A stretch of DNA of 64,000 nucleotides from Verrucomicrobiia bacterium (GCA_041651735.1 JBAZIR010000001.1:799-64798); one strand, 5' to 3'. Shown: positions 27,529-36,827, counted from the stretch's first letter. Notes: generated by a model from the letters alone, not told the origin. Program-made: numbers and translations.

Positions 27529-27975
27529 CTAATTGGCGGTGAGCGCATTCGGCAGACTTTCGACGAAGCGGCGGATTTCGTCGCGCACGCGCCGGTAAAC
27601 CGCCAGCTTGGCTTCGCCATCGTCCATGGTCTTGGTGAGCTTGGGCGGATCCTCGAAACCCACGTGGATCATTCTGGTCTTGCCGGGAAAGACGGGGCAG
27701 TGCTCATTGGCATGGCCGCAGACGGTGACGACGTGGTCGAACGTCACACCGGTCAGTTCATCGAGCATCTTGGAATGCTGTCTCGAAATGTCCACGCCCG
27801 CCTCGGCCATGACGCGAACAGCGTGCGGGTTCATGCCGTGTTTCTCGATGCCGGCGGAATACGGCTCGATCACATCGCCCTTGAGATGGCGCGCCCAGCC
27901 TTCCGCCATCTGACTGCGGCAGGAGTTACCGGTGCAAAGGAACAGGATCTTTATCTTCGGAGGTGGCGTTGGCAT
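27529..27975 (-). CDS. arsC: arsenate reductase, LMW-PTP (thioredoxin-coupled) type
   Basis: ILFLCTGNSCRSQMAEGW P-loop, about 148 aa. The start overlaps the arsR 3' end by 25 nt. Confidence 0.9.
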   Translation of the reverse strand: MPTPPPKIKILFLCTGNSCRSQMAEGWARHLKGDVIEPYSAGIEKHGMNPHAVRVMAEAGVDISRQHSKMLDELTGVTFDHVVTVCGHANEHCPVFPGKTRMIHVGFEDPPKLTKTMDDGEAKLAVYRRVRDEIRRFVESLPNALTAN

Positions 27976-28316
27976 ATCGTCGTGGGATCGGTTTTAAGAA
28001 CTTGTTTCAGTTTCTTACGGCCCTCAGCGGCTTCCGGCGTGTTCCCCAGGGATTTCTGCACCCATTCAATCGCCTCGCGCACGGCAACGCTGGCCTCTTT
28101 GCCCGGCAGGCGGTAATACACCCACCGCTCCTCCTTGCGGGACTCGATCAACCCGGCGTGATAGAGGATGGACAGGTGTTTGGAGATGGTGGACGGCGCC
28201 AACTCGCACAGCTCGCCGATCTGGCATACACACAGCTCGCCGGCCTTCAACGCCAATAACACGCGCACCCGATTCTCATCGGCCAGCGCCTTGGTGATTC
28301 TCATGAACTCGCGCAT
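27951..28316 (-). CDS. arsR: ArsR/SmtB-family metalloregulator
   Basis: LADENRVRVLLAL, GELCVCQIGEL, HTH STISKHLSILYHAGLI. Confidence 0.85.
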   Translation of the reverse strand: MREFMRITKALADENRVRVLLALKAGELCVCQIGELCELAPSTISKHLSILYHAGLIESRKEERWVYYRLPGKEASVAVREAIEWVQKSLGNTPEAAEGRKKLKQVLKTDPTTICQRHLRR

Positions 28317-28330
28317 GACACACCCTATAA

Positions 28331-28346
28331 TTCGTCGTATGACGAA
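28331..28346. promoter_or_regulatory. candidate operator upstream of arsR
   Basis: Perfect palindrome TTCGTC-GTAT-GACGAA, 15 nt upstream of the arsR start codon. Confidence 0.4.
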
Positions 28347-28439
28347 ATGTCAATATGAAAAGTCCCTGCCATTTTTAGGAAGCGAAACAGGAAGGGCGTG
28401 TTGCCCCACGACAGCCCGAAGGCGCCACCGCTTGTCGGT

Positions 28440-28469
28440 TGACAAAACAGGTGCAGCAGGTTTTTGTCA
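28440..28469. promoter_or_regulatory. inverted repeat upstream of mntH (candidate Mn/Fe regulator site or promoter element)
   Basis: TGACAAAA (28440-28447) / TTTTGTCA (28462-28469), perfect 8-bp arms with a 14-nt spacer. TTGACA hexamer at 28439-28444. Confidence 0.3.
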
Positions 28470-28491
28470 GGCACGTCAATTTGGAGTACGA

Positions 28492-29877
28492 GTGGAAAAG
28501 AACGCCAACAACCCAGCGCCTGCGCCCGCCGCCGAAACCGGCTGGCGACGGACATCTGCCTCCACCAGCCTGTCGGAAGTCCACCGCTCGGTCGAGGTGC
28601 CGCACTCCGCCGGTTTCTTTCGCAAGATGCTTGCGTTTGCCGGGCCGGGCTATCTGGTGGCCGTCGGCTACATGGATCCGGGCAACTGGGCCACCGACAT
28701 CGCCGGCGGCTCGGCGTTCGGCTACACGCTGCTGTCGGTGATCCTGTTGTCGAACCTGATGGCGATCCTGCTCCAGACACTCGCGGCCAAACTCGGCATC
28801 GTCACCGGCCGCGACCTCGCGCAGGCGTGCCGCGACCACTACTCGAAGCCGGTCGCCATCACGCTCTGGGCACTGTGCGAGGTGGCGATTTGCGCGTGCG
28901 ACCTCGCCGAGGTGCTTGGGTCGGCTATTGCGTTGAACTTGCTCCTCGGCTTGCCGCTGATCTGGGGTGTGTGCCTGACCACGCTGGATGTGTTTGGCAT
29001 CCTCTATCTCCAGAACAAGAGCTTCCGCTGGATCGAGGCGCTGGTGGTGACGCTCATCTTCTCCATTCTTGCCTGTTTCGTCGCGGAAATCTGGTTCTGC
29101 AAGCCGGACCCGGTCGCCGTGCTCACGGGCTTCATCCCGCGCACCGAGATTCTCAAGAACCCGGAGATGCTCTACGTGGCGATTGGCATCCTCGGGGCCA
29201 CGGTGATGCCGCACAATCTCTACCTGCACTCCTCCATCATCCAGACGCGCAAATACGAGCTGACGCCCGACGGCAAACGCGAGGCCATCCGCTTTGCCAT
29301 CTGGGACTCCGTCATCGCGCTCTCCACCGCGTTGCTGGTCAACGCCGCCATCCTCATTGTTGCCGCTGCCTCGTTCCACCGCGCAGGCCACCACAACATC
29401 ACCGACATCAAGGATGCCTACCAGATGCTCTCGCCCGTGCTCGGCGTCGGTGTGGCGAGCACGTTCTTCGCGCTGGCGCTCCTCGCCTCGGGTCAGAACT
29501 CGACGCTCACCGGCACACTCGCGGGCCAGATCGTGATGGAGGGATTCCTCAACTTCCGCATGAAGCCGGCGCTGCAACGGTTCCTCACGCGCGCGATCGC
29601 GATCACGCCGGCCATCATTGCCATCGCCATCTACGGCGATGCCGGCGCCGGCAAGCTGCTCGTGCTCAGCCAGGTTGTCTTGAGCCTCCAGCTTGCGTTC
29701 GCCGTCATCCCGCTCGTGAAGTTCACCGGCGAACGCGCCAAGATGGGTGAGTTCACCAACCCGCGCTGGGTCGCCACGCTGGCGTGGGTGGCTGCCGCCA
29801 TCATCGTCGTGCTCAACGTAAAATTTATCACCGATTATTCTGGCCTTACCGCGTGGCTGACATCGCTGTTCACATAG
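28492..29877 (+). CDS. mntH: Nramp-family divalent metal (Mn2+/Fe2+) transporter
   Basis: LAFAGPGYLVAVGYMDPGNWATDIAGG signature, 11-12 TM. Start uncertain: GTG 28492 is preceded by GGAG at 28483-28486. The ORF is open from 28168, but that would overlap arsR. Confidence 0.85.
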   Translation: MEKNANNPAPAPAAETGWRRTSASTSLSEVHRSVEVPHSAGFFRKMLAFAGPGYLVAVGYMDPGNWATDIAGGSAFGYTLLSVILLSNLMAILLQTLAAKLGIVTGRDLAQACRDHYSKPVAITLWALCEVAICACDLAEVLGSAIALNLLLGLPLIWGVCLTTLDVFGILYLQNKSFRWIEALVVTLIFSILACFVAEIWFCKPDPVAVLTGFIPRTEILKNPEMLYVAIGILGATVMPHNLYLHSSIIQTRKYELTPDGKREAIRFAIWDSVIALSTALLVNAAILIVAAASFHRAGHHNITDIKDAYQMLSPVLGVGVASTFFALALLASGQNSTLTGTLAGQIVMEGFLNFRMKPALQRFLTRAIAITPAIIAIAIYGDAGAGKLLVLSQVVLSLQLAFAVIPLVKFTGERAKMGEFTNPRWVATLAWVAAAIIVVLNVKFITDYSGLTAWLTSLFT

Positions 29878-29885
29878 GAGCCGTC

Positions 29886-30323
29886 ATGTATCAGAAGATC
29901 CTCGTTGCATTGGAAAACAGCCAGGCCGACAAGAGCCTGCTGCCGCACATCGTCGAACTGGCGAAACTCCACAAGTCGAAGCTGTTGTTGGTCCACGTCG
30001 CTGACGGCTGGGTCGCCCGCAACTACGACAAGCTCCAGCTCCGCGAGTCACAGGAGATGGTTGATGACCGCGCCTACCTCGATGAGACGGCTAACCAATT
30101 GCGCAGCAATGGCTTAAATGTTGACACCTGTCTTGCTCTTGGCGATCCGCCCAATGAGATTCTCAAGACCGCCGAACGCGAGCAGTGCGACCTGATCGCG
30201 ATGACCACCCACGGCCACCGGCTGCTTGCGGACATTTTCTACGGCAGCACCATCGAGCACGTCCGCCACCGCTCCATGATTCCGCTGCTGATCGTCCACG
30301 CGGGAACACTCAACGCAGGTTGA
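29886..30323 (+). CDS. universal stress protein (UspA family)
   Basis: MYQKILVALENS ... LLLVHV ... DLIAMTTHGHR...GSTIEHVRH pattern, about 145 aa. Confidence 0.85.
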   Translation: MYQKILVALENSQADKSLLPHIVELAKLHKSKLLLVHVADGWVARNYDKLQLRESQEMVDDRAYLDETANQLRSNGLNVDTCLALGDPPNEILKTAEREQCDLIAMTTHGHRLLADIFYGSTIEHVRHRSMIPLLIVHAGTLNAG

Positions 30324-30448
30324 CCGCGGCTCCGTTTGGCGGGCGACGGGCCGGTCGGGGAGACGCCCCGGGGCATTTTCACCGCATTTCCCTCTTGCGT
30401 TTCGCGCGCCAGTCGCAAATCATCGCGGCCCTTTGTGTGGAACAAGCG

Positions 30449-31249
30449 ATGAACCCCAACGCTAACAAGCCGAACGACAGGATCAAGCCCGCCGATGGTA
30501 AGCCCGCGCCGGCGCCGGAAACGGCCGCCGAGCCGGAGGAGTTGCCATTGGACCTCCAGCTTTTGGATTTCTGGGACAAGAACAAGAAGCTCGTCATTGC
30601 CGCCGTCTGCGCCATCGTGGTTGGCGTGGGTGTTTATCTGGCTGTGGACCGGTGGATGGAACAGCAGCGCGAAGAGCAAGGCCGCGCGCTGGCTGGCGCC
30701 AAAGAGGCCAAGGATTACGCGGCGGTGGCCAGCCAGTTCAAGGGAGAGAACGTCGGCGCGTTTGCACTGTTGCTGCTGGCAGACCAGCAATACCAGGACG
30801 GTAAATACAGCGACGCTGAGAAGACCTACAATCGTTTTGCCGAGGAGTATCCGAAACACCCGATGCTCGACTCGGCGTTTTATGGCATAGGCGCCGCCCG
30901 CGAGAGCCGGGGCGATTACGCCGGCGCCATCAGCTCTTATCAGCGCGTCGCGGAGACCCCCAACCCTGTGCACGGACTCGATGCCCGAATGGCCATCGGT
31001 CGTTGCCTGGAGGCCACCCAACAGTGGAAGAAGGCGCGTCAGGGCTACGAAGACCTCATCGCCGCTCAGCCCAACTCCTCATTGGCCGAGCGCGCGCGCA
31101 GCCGCATCATCACCTTGGACCGCGAGGCCCGTGCGCGCGGCGAGTCGCTGACGCCGCCGCCCAAGCCGGCCAGCGCTCCGGCGACGATCCCGCAGGTGTT
31201 GCTGCCGGCCACGCCTGCGACGCCGGCAACTCCGGCTGCGAAGCCGTGA
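30449..31249 (+). CDS. membrane-anchored TPR protein (YfgM-like) with Pro/Ala-rich tail
   Basis: Single TM LVIAAVCAIVVGVGVYLAV, TPR-like helices (GKYSDAEKTYNRFAEEYPKHPM...), C-terminal PATPATPATPAAKP. Start at ATG 30449. Confidence 0.6.
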   Translation: MNPNANKPNDRIKPADGKPAPAPETAAEPEELPLDLQLLDFWDKNKKLVIAAVCAIVVGVGVYLAVDRWMEQQREEQGRALAGAKEAKDYAAVASQFKGENVGAFALLLLADQQYQDGKYSDAEKTYNRFAEEYPKHPMLDSAFYGIGAARESRGDYAGAISSYQRVAETPNPVHGLDARMAIGRCLEATQQWKKARQGYEDLIAAQPNSSLAERARSRIITLDREARARGESLTPPPKPASAPATIPQVLLPATPATPATPAAKP

Positions 31250-31338
31250 CCTGCGCTGTTCGCCGCAAAACTTTTCCGTGCGGTTGGCGTTGGTTCATGG
31301 TAACGCTTTGACCCGGCTTTCGGAACTGACTATAGTGG

Positions 31339-33084
31339 GTGGCTGTTGTGGATAACGTTGCGACCAAACCTACCGCATTGAATTTGCGCGAACTGCTCCA
31401 GTCGCTGGCGCCCCTCACGCCGGAAGAACTTGACCGTATTTTCACTGAGCGCCAGCAGCAACCGGGCAAGTCGCTCATTGAGATCATCGTCGCCACGCAC
31501 AAGGTGAAGGAGGAGCCGTTGCTGCGTGCGATCGGCGAGAAGCTCGGTCTGCCGTTTGTCCACTTGGCGGAGATGGACTTGGACCGCGTCGTCACCTCCA
31601 AGCTCCAGCCCAAGGTGGTCTTCCAGCACGTGGTCGTGCCGATCAAGGCCGAGAACGGCACCCTTTGCGTCGCCACCTGCGACCCGTTCAACGAAGCCGC
31701 CCGCAGCGCCATCGGCTGGCTCACCGGCCAGCGCGTGCAACTGGCGCTGGCTACGCGCGAGGAGATTGAGAAGGCGCAGAAACGCTACTACGGTGTTGGC
31801 GCCGACACGCTCGACCAGATGCTTGCCGCCGGCGGCGTCATAGATATTCCCGCCAACGAGCGGATCAACATCGGCGACATTGACGAAGCCTCGCAGGAGG
31901 CGAGCGTGGTGAAGTTCGTCAACCAGATCATCGCCGAGGCCAAGCGCGACCGCGCCACAGACATCCACATCGAGCCGATGGAGGAGGACCTGCGCATCCG
32001 CTACCGCATTGACGGCGTGCTGGTGCAGGTGCCTGTGCCGGCCGTGCTGAAGCGGTTCCAGGCGTCCATCATCAGCCGCGTGAAGGTCATGGCCAACATG
32101 GACATCGCCGAAAAGCGGCTGCCGCAGGACGGCGCGATCAACCTCCGCGTCGGCGGCGAAGAGGTGGACATCCGCGTCTCCACCATCCCCAGCATCCACG
32201 GTGAGAGCGTGAGCCTGCGTTTACTGAGCCGCAGCACGATGCTGCTGGGCCTCGACAAGCTCGGCATGGCTGCTGAGGACGAGAAGATTTTCCGCCGCCT
32301 GATCGAACGTCCGCACGGCATCATCCTGGTCACCGGCCCGACCGGCAGCGGCAAGAGCACGACGCTCTACGCCTGCCTCAGCACGATCAATACGATTGAC
32401 CAACGCATCATGACCGTCGAGGACCCGGTGGAGAACCAACTCCGGGGCATCATCCAGATGCAGGTGCGGCCGGACATCGAGCTGACCTTCGCGCGCGGCT
32501 TGCGCCACCTGCTCCGCCAGGATCCGGATGTGATCATGATCGGCGAGGTGCGCGACTTGGAGACGGCTGAGATTGCCGTGCGCGCGTCGCTCACGGGCCA
32601 CCTCGTCTTCGCCACGCTTCACACCAACGACGCGCCGAGCGGCTTCACCCGGCTCATTGACATGGGCATTGAGCCGTTCCTCATCACATCGTCCATCGAA
32701 GCGATTGTCGCCCAGCGGTTGTTGCGCACCCTCTGCCCTGCCTGCAAGGTCGAGGACAAGCCGAGCGAGGACCTGATGGAACGGCTTGGCGGCAAGGATG
32801 AAAAATACCGGCACACAAAATTTTACCGCGGCGTCGGCTGCGAAGAATGCCGCCGCACCGGTTACCAGGGCCGAACCGCCATTTACGAAATCATGTTGAT
32901 GAGTGATTCGTTGCGGCCCTTGGTGGTGGATCGACGTCCCGCGGCTGAACTGAAGAAGGCAGCCGTCGCCCACGGCATGAGAACGCTCCGCGACGACGGG
33001 ATGCGCAAAGCGGCGCTGGGGATCACGTCGTTGGAGGAAGTGCTCCGCATCACACAGGAAGACGAAGCCTACACGGACGATTAA
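31339..33084 (+). CDS. gspE: type II secretion ATPase GspE
   Basis: N-terminal T2SSE_N-like domain, Walker A GPTGSGKST, Walker B IIMIGEVRD, tetracysteine CPACK...CEECRRTGY. GTG start. Confidence 0.9.
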   Translation: MAVVDNVATKPTALNLRELLQSLAPLTPEELDRIFTERQQQPGKSLIEIIVATHKVKEEPLLRAIGEKLGLPFVHLAEMDLDRVVTSKLQPKVVFQHVVVPIKAENGTLCVATCDPFNEAARSAIGWLTGQRVQLALATREEIEKAQKRYYGVGADTLDQMLAAGGVIDIPANERINIGDIDEASQEASVVKFVNQIIAEAKRDRATDIHIEPMEEDLRIRYRIDGVLVQVPVPAVLKRFQASIISRVKVMANMDIAEKRLPQDGAINLRVGGEEVDIRVSTIPSIHGESVSLRLLSRSTMLLGLDKLGMAAEDEKIFRRLIERPHGIILVTGPTGSGKSTTLYACLSTINTIDQRIMTVEDPVENQLRGIIQMQVRPDIELTFARGLRHLLRQDPDVIMIGEVRDLETAEIAVRASLTGHLVFATLHTNDAPSGFTRLIDMGIEPFLITSSIEAIVAQRLLRTLCPACKVEDKPSEDLMERLGGKDEKYRHTKFYRGVGCEECRRTGYQGRTAIYEIMLMSDSLRPLVVDRRPAAELKKAAVAHGMRTLRDDGMRKAALGITSLEEVLRITQEDEAYTDD

Positions 33085-33111
33085 CGGTCGGCGGTCGAAA
33101 CTTTATTTCCG

Positions 33112-34377
33112 ATGCCAGACTTCTCCTACAGTGCGCGCAGCAAGAGCGGCGAGGCGGTCAGCGGCCTGCTGACCGCGCCGGACCGCAAGGCAGCGCTGAC
33201 GCAACTGGTCGCCCAAGGCTACTTCCCCATCGCTGTGGACGCGGCGGTGCAGAAGAAAAGCGCGCTCGCCCGATCCTCGAAAGCGAAAGACGCGACACCG
33301 GCATCCAAGACCGGCGCTGCGGCAAAAAAGGTCCGCGTCAATTCCCGGCAGGTGATGTTGTTCACGCAGCAACTCGCCAACCTCCTCAAGAGCGGCATGA
33401 GCCTGAAGCAGGCGCTGGAGTGCTTGACGCGGCAACAGAAGAACAAGTCGCTCGGCCCAATCCTGGAGCAGGTCGGCGAGGAAATCATGCAAGGCGCCAA
33501 TCTCTCCGACGCGCTGGCGCGGAATCCGAAGATTTTCACCCGTTTTTACACCAACATGATCCGCGCCGGCGAGCAGAGCGGCACGTTGCCCGAGGTGCTG
33601 CGGCGGCTGACTGAACACTACGAGCGGCTCGCCGACATCCGCGAGAAGGTGACCTCGGCATTGCTCTATCCGGCCATCATTCTCGTCGTGGGCATCATCG
33701 TGGTGTTCGTTTTCATGGTGTTTCTGCTGCCGAAATTCACGCAGATGTTCCAGGACCTTGGCACGACGTTGCCGCTGCCAACCCGGATCCTGATCGGCGT
33801 CGGCAATCTCGCCAGCAATATCTGGTTCCTGGCCGGGCTGGGAACGGTCATCTTCGCCATCGTATTCGGCTACAAGAGCACCATGCGGACCGTCGAGGGG
33901 CGGTTGATGCTGGACCGGTGGAAGCTGCACATTCCGCTGGCCGGCAATACGTTGAAGGCGGCGTTTTTCGCGCAGTTCAGCCGCACGCTGGCGACTTTGT
34001 TGGGCAATGGCGTGCCGGTGCTCACCGCGCTGAAGATCGCCGAGGATACGATGACCAACCTCGTCATCGCCCGCGAAATTGCGAAGGCCCGCGAGCGCGT
34101 CACCGACGGCACCACCATTTCCGCGCCGCTGGCGGCCGGCCAGATTTTTCCTTCGCTGCTGATTGACATGCTGGCGATTGGCGAACAAACCGGTGATATG
34201 CCGACGGCGCTCAACAACGTCGCCAGTTTGTATGAACAAGAATTGACGCAGGATGTCAAACGTTTCACCACATTGTTGGAGCCTGCCGTCATCGTGATGA
34301 TCGCGCTGGTGGTCGGTTTCATCGTGTTTAGCGTGCTCAGCGCCGTCATGAGCATCACGTCCGGATTGAATCGGTAA
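33112..34377 (+). CDS. gspF: type II secretion inner-membrane platform protein GspF
   Basis: Two T2SSF repeats (...AGEQSGTLPEVL... / ...IGEQTGDMPTAL...), 3 TM, 421 aa. Confidence 0.9.
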   Translation: MPDFSYSARSKSGEAVSGLLTAPDRKAALTQLVAQGYFPIAVDAAVQKKSALARSSKAKDATPASKTGAAAKKVRVNSRQVMLFTQQLANLLKSGMSLKQALECLTRQQKNKSLGPILEQVGEEIMQGANLSDALARNPKIFTRFYTNMIRAGEQSGTLPEVLRRLTEHYERLADIREKVTSALLYPAIILVVGIIVVFVFMVFLLPKFTQMFQDLGTTLPLPTRILIGVGNLASNIWFLAGLGTVIFAIVFGYKSTMRTVEGRLMLDRWKLHIPLAGNTLKAAFFAQFSRTLATLLGNGVPVLTALKIAEDTMTNLVIAREIAKARERVTDGTTISAPLAAGQIFPSLLIDMLAIGEQTGDMPTALNNVASLYEQELTQDVKRFTTLLEPAVIVMIALVVGFIVFSVLSAVMSITSGLNR

Positions 34378-34394
34378 ATAGGAGAGAACTGAAG

Positions 34395-34832
34395 ATGAAA
34401 CTGAGATGGAACAAGCAATCGGGCTTCACCCTCATCGAAATCATGCTGGTCATCGCCATCATTGCCCTGCTCGTGGGCACGGTGATCGTCAATATCGGCC
34501 CGCAGCGGAAAAAGGCATACGAAACCCAGGCGAAAAACCAAATCAGCGCCTACAAGATGGCGCTGCAAACCTACAGCCTCGACAACGGCATCTACCCCAC
34601 CACCGACCAGGGCTTGCAAGCGCTGGTTGCGGCGCCCACCAGCGAACCGGTGCCGGCGAAGTGGCACGGCCCTTACACCGACCCGGCCGTCATCAAACCC
34701 GATCCATGGAACCGGGCCTACATCTACGTCTGCCCCCCGCAGCAGAATCCAGACCCCGAAGGCTTCGACCTCTACAGCTCCGGTCTCGACGGCCGCCCGA
34801 ATACCGACGACGATATCGTGAGTTGGAGATGA
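34395..34832 (+). CDS. gspG: major pseudopilin GspG
   Basis: Prepilin leader MKLRWNKQSG/FTLIEIMLVIAI and C-terminal DPWNRAYIYV...DLYSSGLDGRPNTDDDIVSW typical of GspG. Confidence 0.9.
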   Translation: MKLRWNKQSGFTLIEIMLVIAIIALLVGTVIVNIGPQRKKAYETQAKNQISAYKMALQTYSLDNGIYPTTDQGLQALVAAPTSEPVPAKWHGPYTDPAVIKPDPWNRAYIYVCPPQQNPDPEGFDLYSSGLDGRPNTDDDIVSWR

Positions 34833-34852
34833 GGGATCGTGGCAGGTGAAAC

Positions 34853-35578
34853 GTGATGAGTGAAGCGGGGCCAAATGGACGGCAGCAGCCAGCACCTCGC
34901 GCGCGTTGGACATCTCTCCTGACGTTGCGTTCGTCCCCCGCTTTGCGCCGTTCATCACTCGTCACTCGTCACTCGTCACTCCCCCCTCGTCACTTTGCAC
35001 GTTCCGGCTTCACCCTGATTGAGACGATAGCGGTGATCGTGATCATCATGCTGGCGGTCGGCGTAGGCATGCCGACGTTCTTGCGAACCTATCGCGGTGA
35101 GATCCTGCGCAGCGAGACAAGCACGTTGAGATCCACCATCCAGCACGCGCGCTATCAGGCTATCGTCCGCCAGCGCGCAATGTCGTTAAACATGGATTTT
35201 TCGGAGCAAGTTTACTGGATTGAAATGCCGGACATCACGGAGACCAACCTGGTATTGCAGGTGTTGAGCCTCAGTACCAATGCGCTGGCCTTTGCCGATG
35301 GCACGGTGCCCGAAACCGCACTGCAAGCCGACGACCTTTCCACCAACGCCGTCATCACCGCGTTGCCCACGTCCACCCGCCATGAGATGGTTTCGCCGGC
35401 GCGCCTGCTGCAAGTGCAAGCCGCGGATGACACCGTTACAGCCAGCGGCACTGCTTCAATCGTGTTCTATCCCAACGGCGCCTTCTTCCTCGGCGGCGCC
35501 GACGACGACACGGTCGCGATTGAGTTGGACCCCATGACGTCGCTCTCAAAACTGCTGCCCAATGCGCCAATGAGATGA
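34853..35578 (+). CDS. minor pseudopilin (GspH-like) with unusually long leader
   Basis: G/FTLIETIAVIVIIMLAV prepilin motif sits about 50 codons into the ORF. The possible in-frame starts (ATG/GTG/TTG/CTG codons at or upstream of 34943, e.g. GTG 34853, ATG 34856, TTG 34943) are all upstream of a heptamer-repeat tract. Confidence 0.6.
   Translation: MMSEAGPNGRQQPAPRARWTSLLTLRSSPALRRSSLVTRHSSLPPRHFARSGFTLIETIAVIVIIMLAVGVGMPTFLRTYRGEILRSETSTLRSTIQHARYQAIVRQRAMSLNMDFSEQVYWIEMPDITETNLVLQVLSLSTNALAFADGTVPETALQADDLSTNAVITALPTSTRHEMVSPARLLQVQAADDTVTASGTASIVFYPNGAFFLGGADDDTVAIELDPMTSLSKLLPNAPMR
34955..34994. repeat. tandem heptamer tract (TCACTCG)n inside the gspH-like 5' region
   Basis: TCACTCG x3, then TCACTCC, CCCCTCG and TCACT, read directly. 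Translates as SLVTRHSSLPPRH in the gspH frame. Confidence 0.85.
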
Positions 35579-35606
35579 CACGCCCATGCGCTGCGTTTCA
35601 CGTTTC

Positions 35607-36053
35607 ATGCCTCACGTTGTTCGCTCCGGCTTCACGTTGCTGGAGGTGATGTTGGCGGTGGCCATCGTCGGCACGGCGCTTTTCACCATTGCGATGGCCA
35701 TCGGCCGCTGCACCGACTCGGCCAAGAACGCGAGCAACTACACCGTCGCGCACGATCTGGCGGAGATGAAGCTGATGGAATTCAGCAATCCGACCAACTT
35801 CACCATGGGCATCACCACCGGCGATTTCGGCGACGGCTTTCCCAACTTCCAATGGCAGCGCGAGATTATCGCTGACGACAACCAGCTCGAATCGCTCTAC
35901 AAACAGACCCTTGTCATCAAGTGGCGCGAGCGAAATCGCGAATACGATGTGACGATGAACACGATTCTCTATAATCCAAGCTCCACTTCCAACACCATGG
36001 GCAACGCGCTGGGTCCCAGCAACCGCGGCCGGTCCGCCGCCGGAGGAAGCTGA
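35607..36053 (+). CDS. minor pseudopilin (GspI-like)
   Basis: MPHVVRSG/FTLLEVMLAVAIVG prepilin motif, about 148 aa. ATG 35607 (ORF open from 35586). Confidence 0.65.
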   Translation: MPHVVRSGFTLLEVMLAVAIVGTALFTIAMAIGRCTDSAKNASNYTVAHDLAEMKLMEFSNPTNFTMGITTGDFGDGFPNFQWQREIIADDNQLESLYKQTLVIKWRERNREYDVTMNTILYNPSSTSNTMGNALGPSNRGRSAAGGS

Positions 36054-36817
36054 TGAGCGGAAACGATTCCATCGCTCCATTTTCCCGCCGCGGCGGCTTC
36101 ACGCTGATCGAGCTGCTGTTGGCAACGGCGATCATGGCGAGCATGTTGGCGGCGGTGTTGATGACATGGAACACCGGACTGGCGGCGCTGAAACGGAGCC
36201 GTGACCTGACAGAAGGTCTCCAGCGCCAGCGCGCGCTGACGGACATCATCTCGCGATCGTTCCGCACGGCGATCTTTTCGCAGGAAAACGCCACTTGGTA
36301 CGCCTGGGACACCCAGGACAACGGCGAGAGCGACTCCGTCAGCTTCGTGGCCACGGACGTGCCAGCGGTGGGGGCGATGGCGCAAACGAGCGGCGTGCCG
36401 CAGCGCATCCAGTTCTGGCTGGAGCCGGGCGAGCATAACGAACTGGTCCTGATGGCGCACGCGCGGAACTTTCTGGCTGCCGACGTGGATACCGCAGGGC
36501 AGACCATCCGGCTGGCCGACTGGGTGAAGAGCTTCAACATGCGTTACTATGACGCGGCCAATGACCAATGGATGGACACATGGGACGATGCCACCACCAT
36601 GCCCGGATCGCTTGAACTGACCATTACCATGGCGAATTCCAATCCCACCCAGGCGGACGTGACGCTGGTGAAGAACATTGATATCCCTTGCAACGCCGCG
36701 GCGCAGATCGGCACCGTGCCGACGGCGTCAAGCAGCAGGACGACCAGCAGCTCCAGCGGCGGCGCAAGCAGCGGGGCAAGCGGTGGTACAAGCAGCGGAC
36801 GTGGCAGCGGCAGTTGA
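36053..36817 (+). CDS. minor pseudopilin (GspJ-like) with Ser/Gly-rich tail
   Basis: RRGG/FTLIELLLATAIMASML prepilin motif. C-terminal SSSRTTSSSSGGASSGASGGTSSGRGSGS. Confidence 0.6.
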   Translation: MSGNDSIAPFSRRGGFTLIELLLATAIMASMLAAVLMTWNTGLAALKRSRDLTEGLQRQRALTDIISRSFRTAIFSQENATWYAWDTQDNGESDSVSFVATDVPAVGAMAQTSGVPQRIQFWLEPGEHNELVLMAHARNFLAADVDTAGQTIRLADWVKSFNMRYYDAANDQWMDTWDDATTMPGSLELTITMANSNPTQADVTLVKNIDIPCNAAAQIGTVPTASSSRTTSSSSGGASSGASGGTSSGRGSGS

Positions 36818-36827
36818 GACGAAAAAG

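Noticed and set aside
28168-28491. Upstream extension of mntH back to ATG 28168
   Set aside because: It would overlap arsR on the opposite strand by about 150 nt and adds non-Nramp sequence. A GTG with a GGAG Shine-Dalgarno at 28492 gives a normal-length N-terminus. The start remains uncertain.
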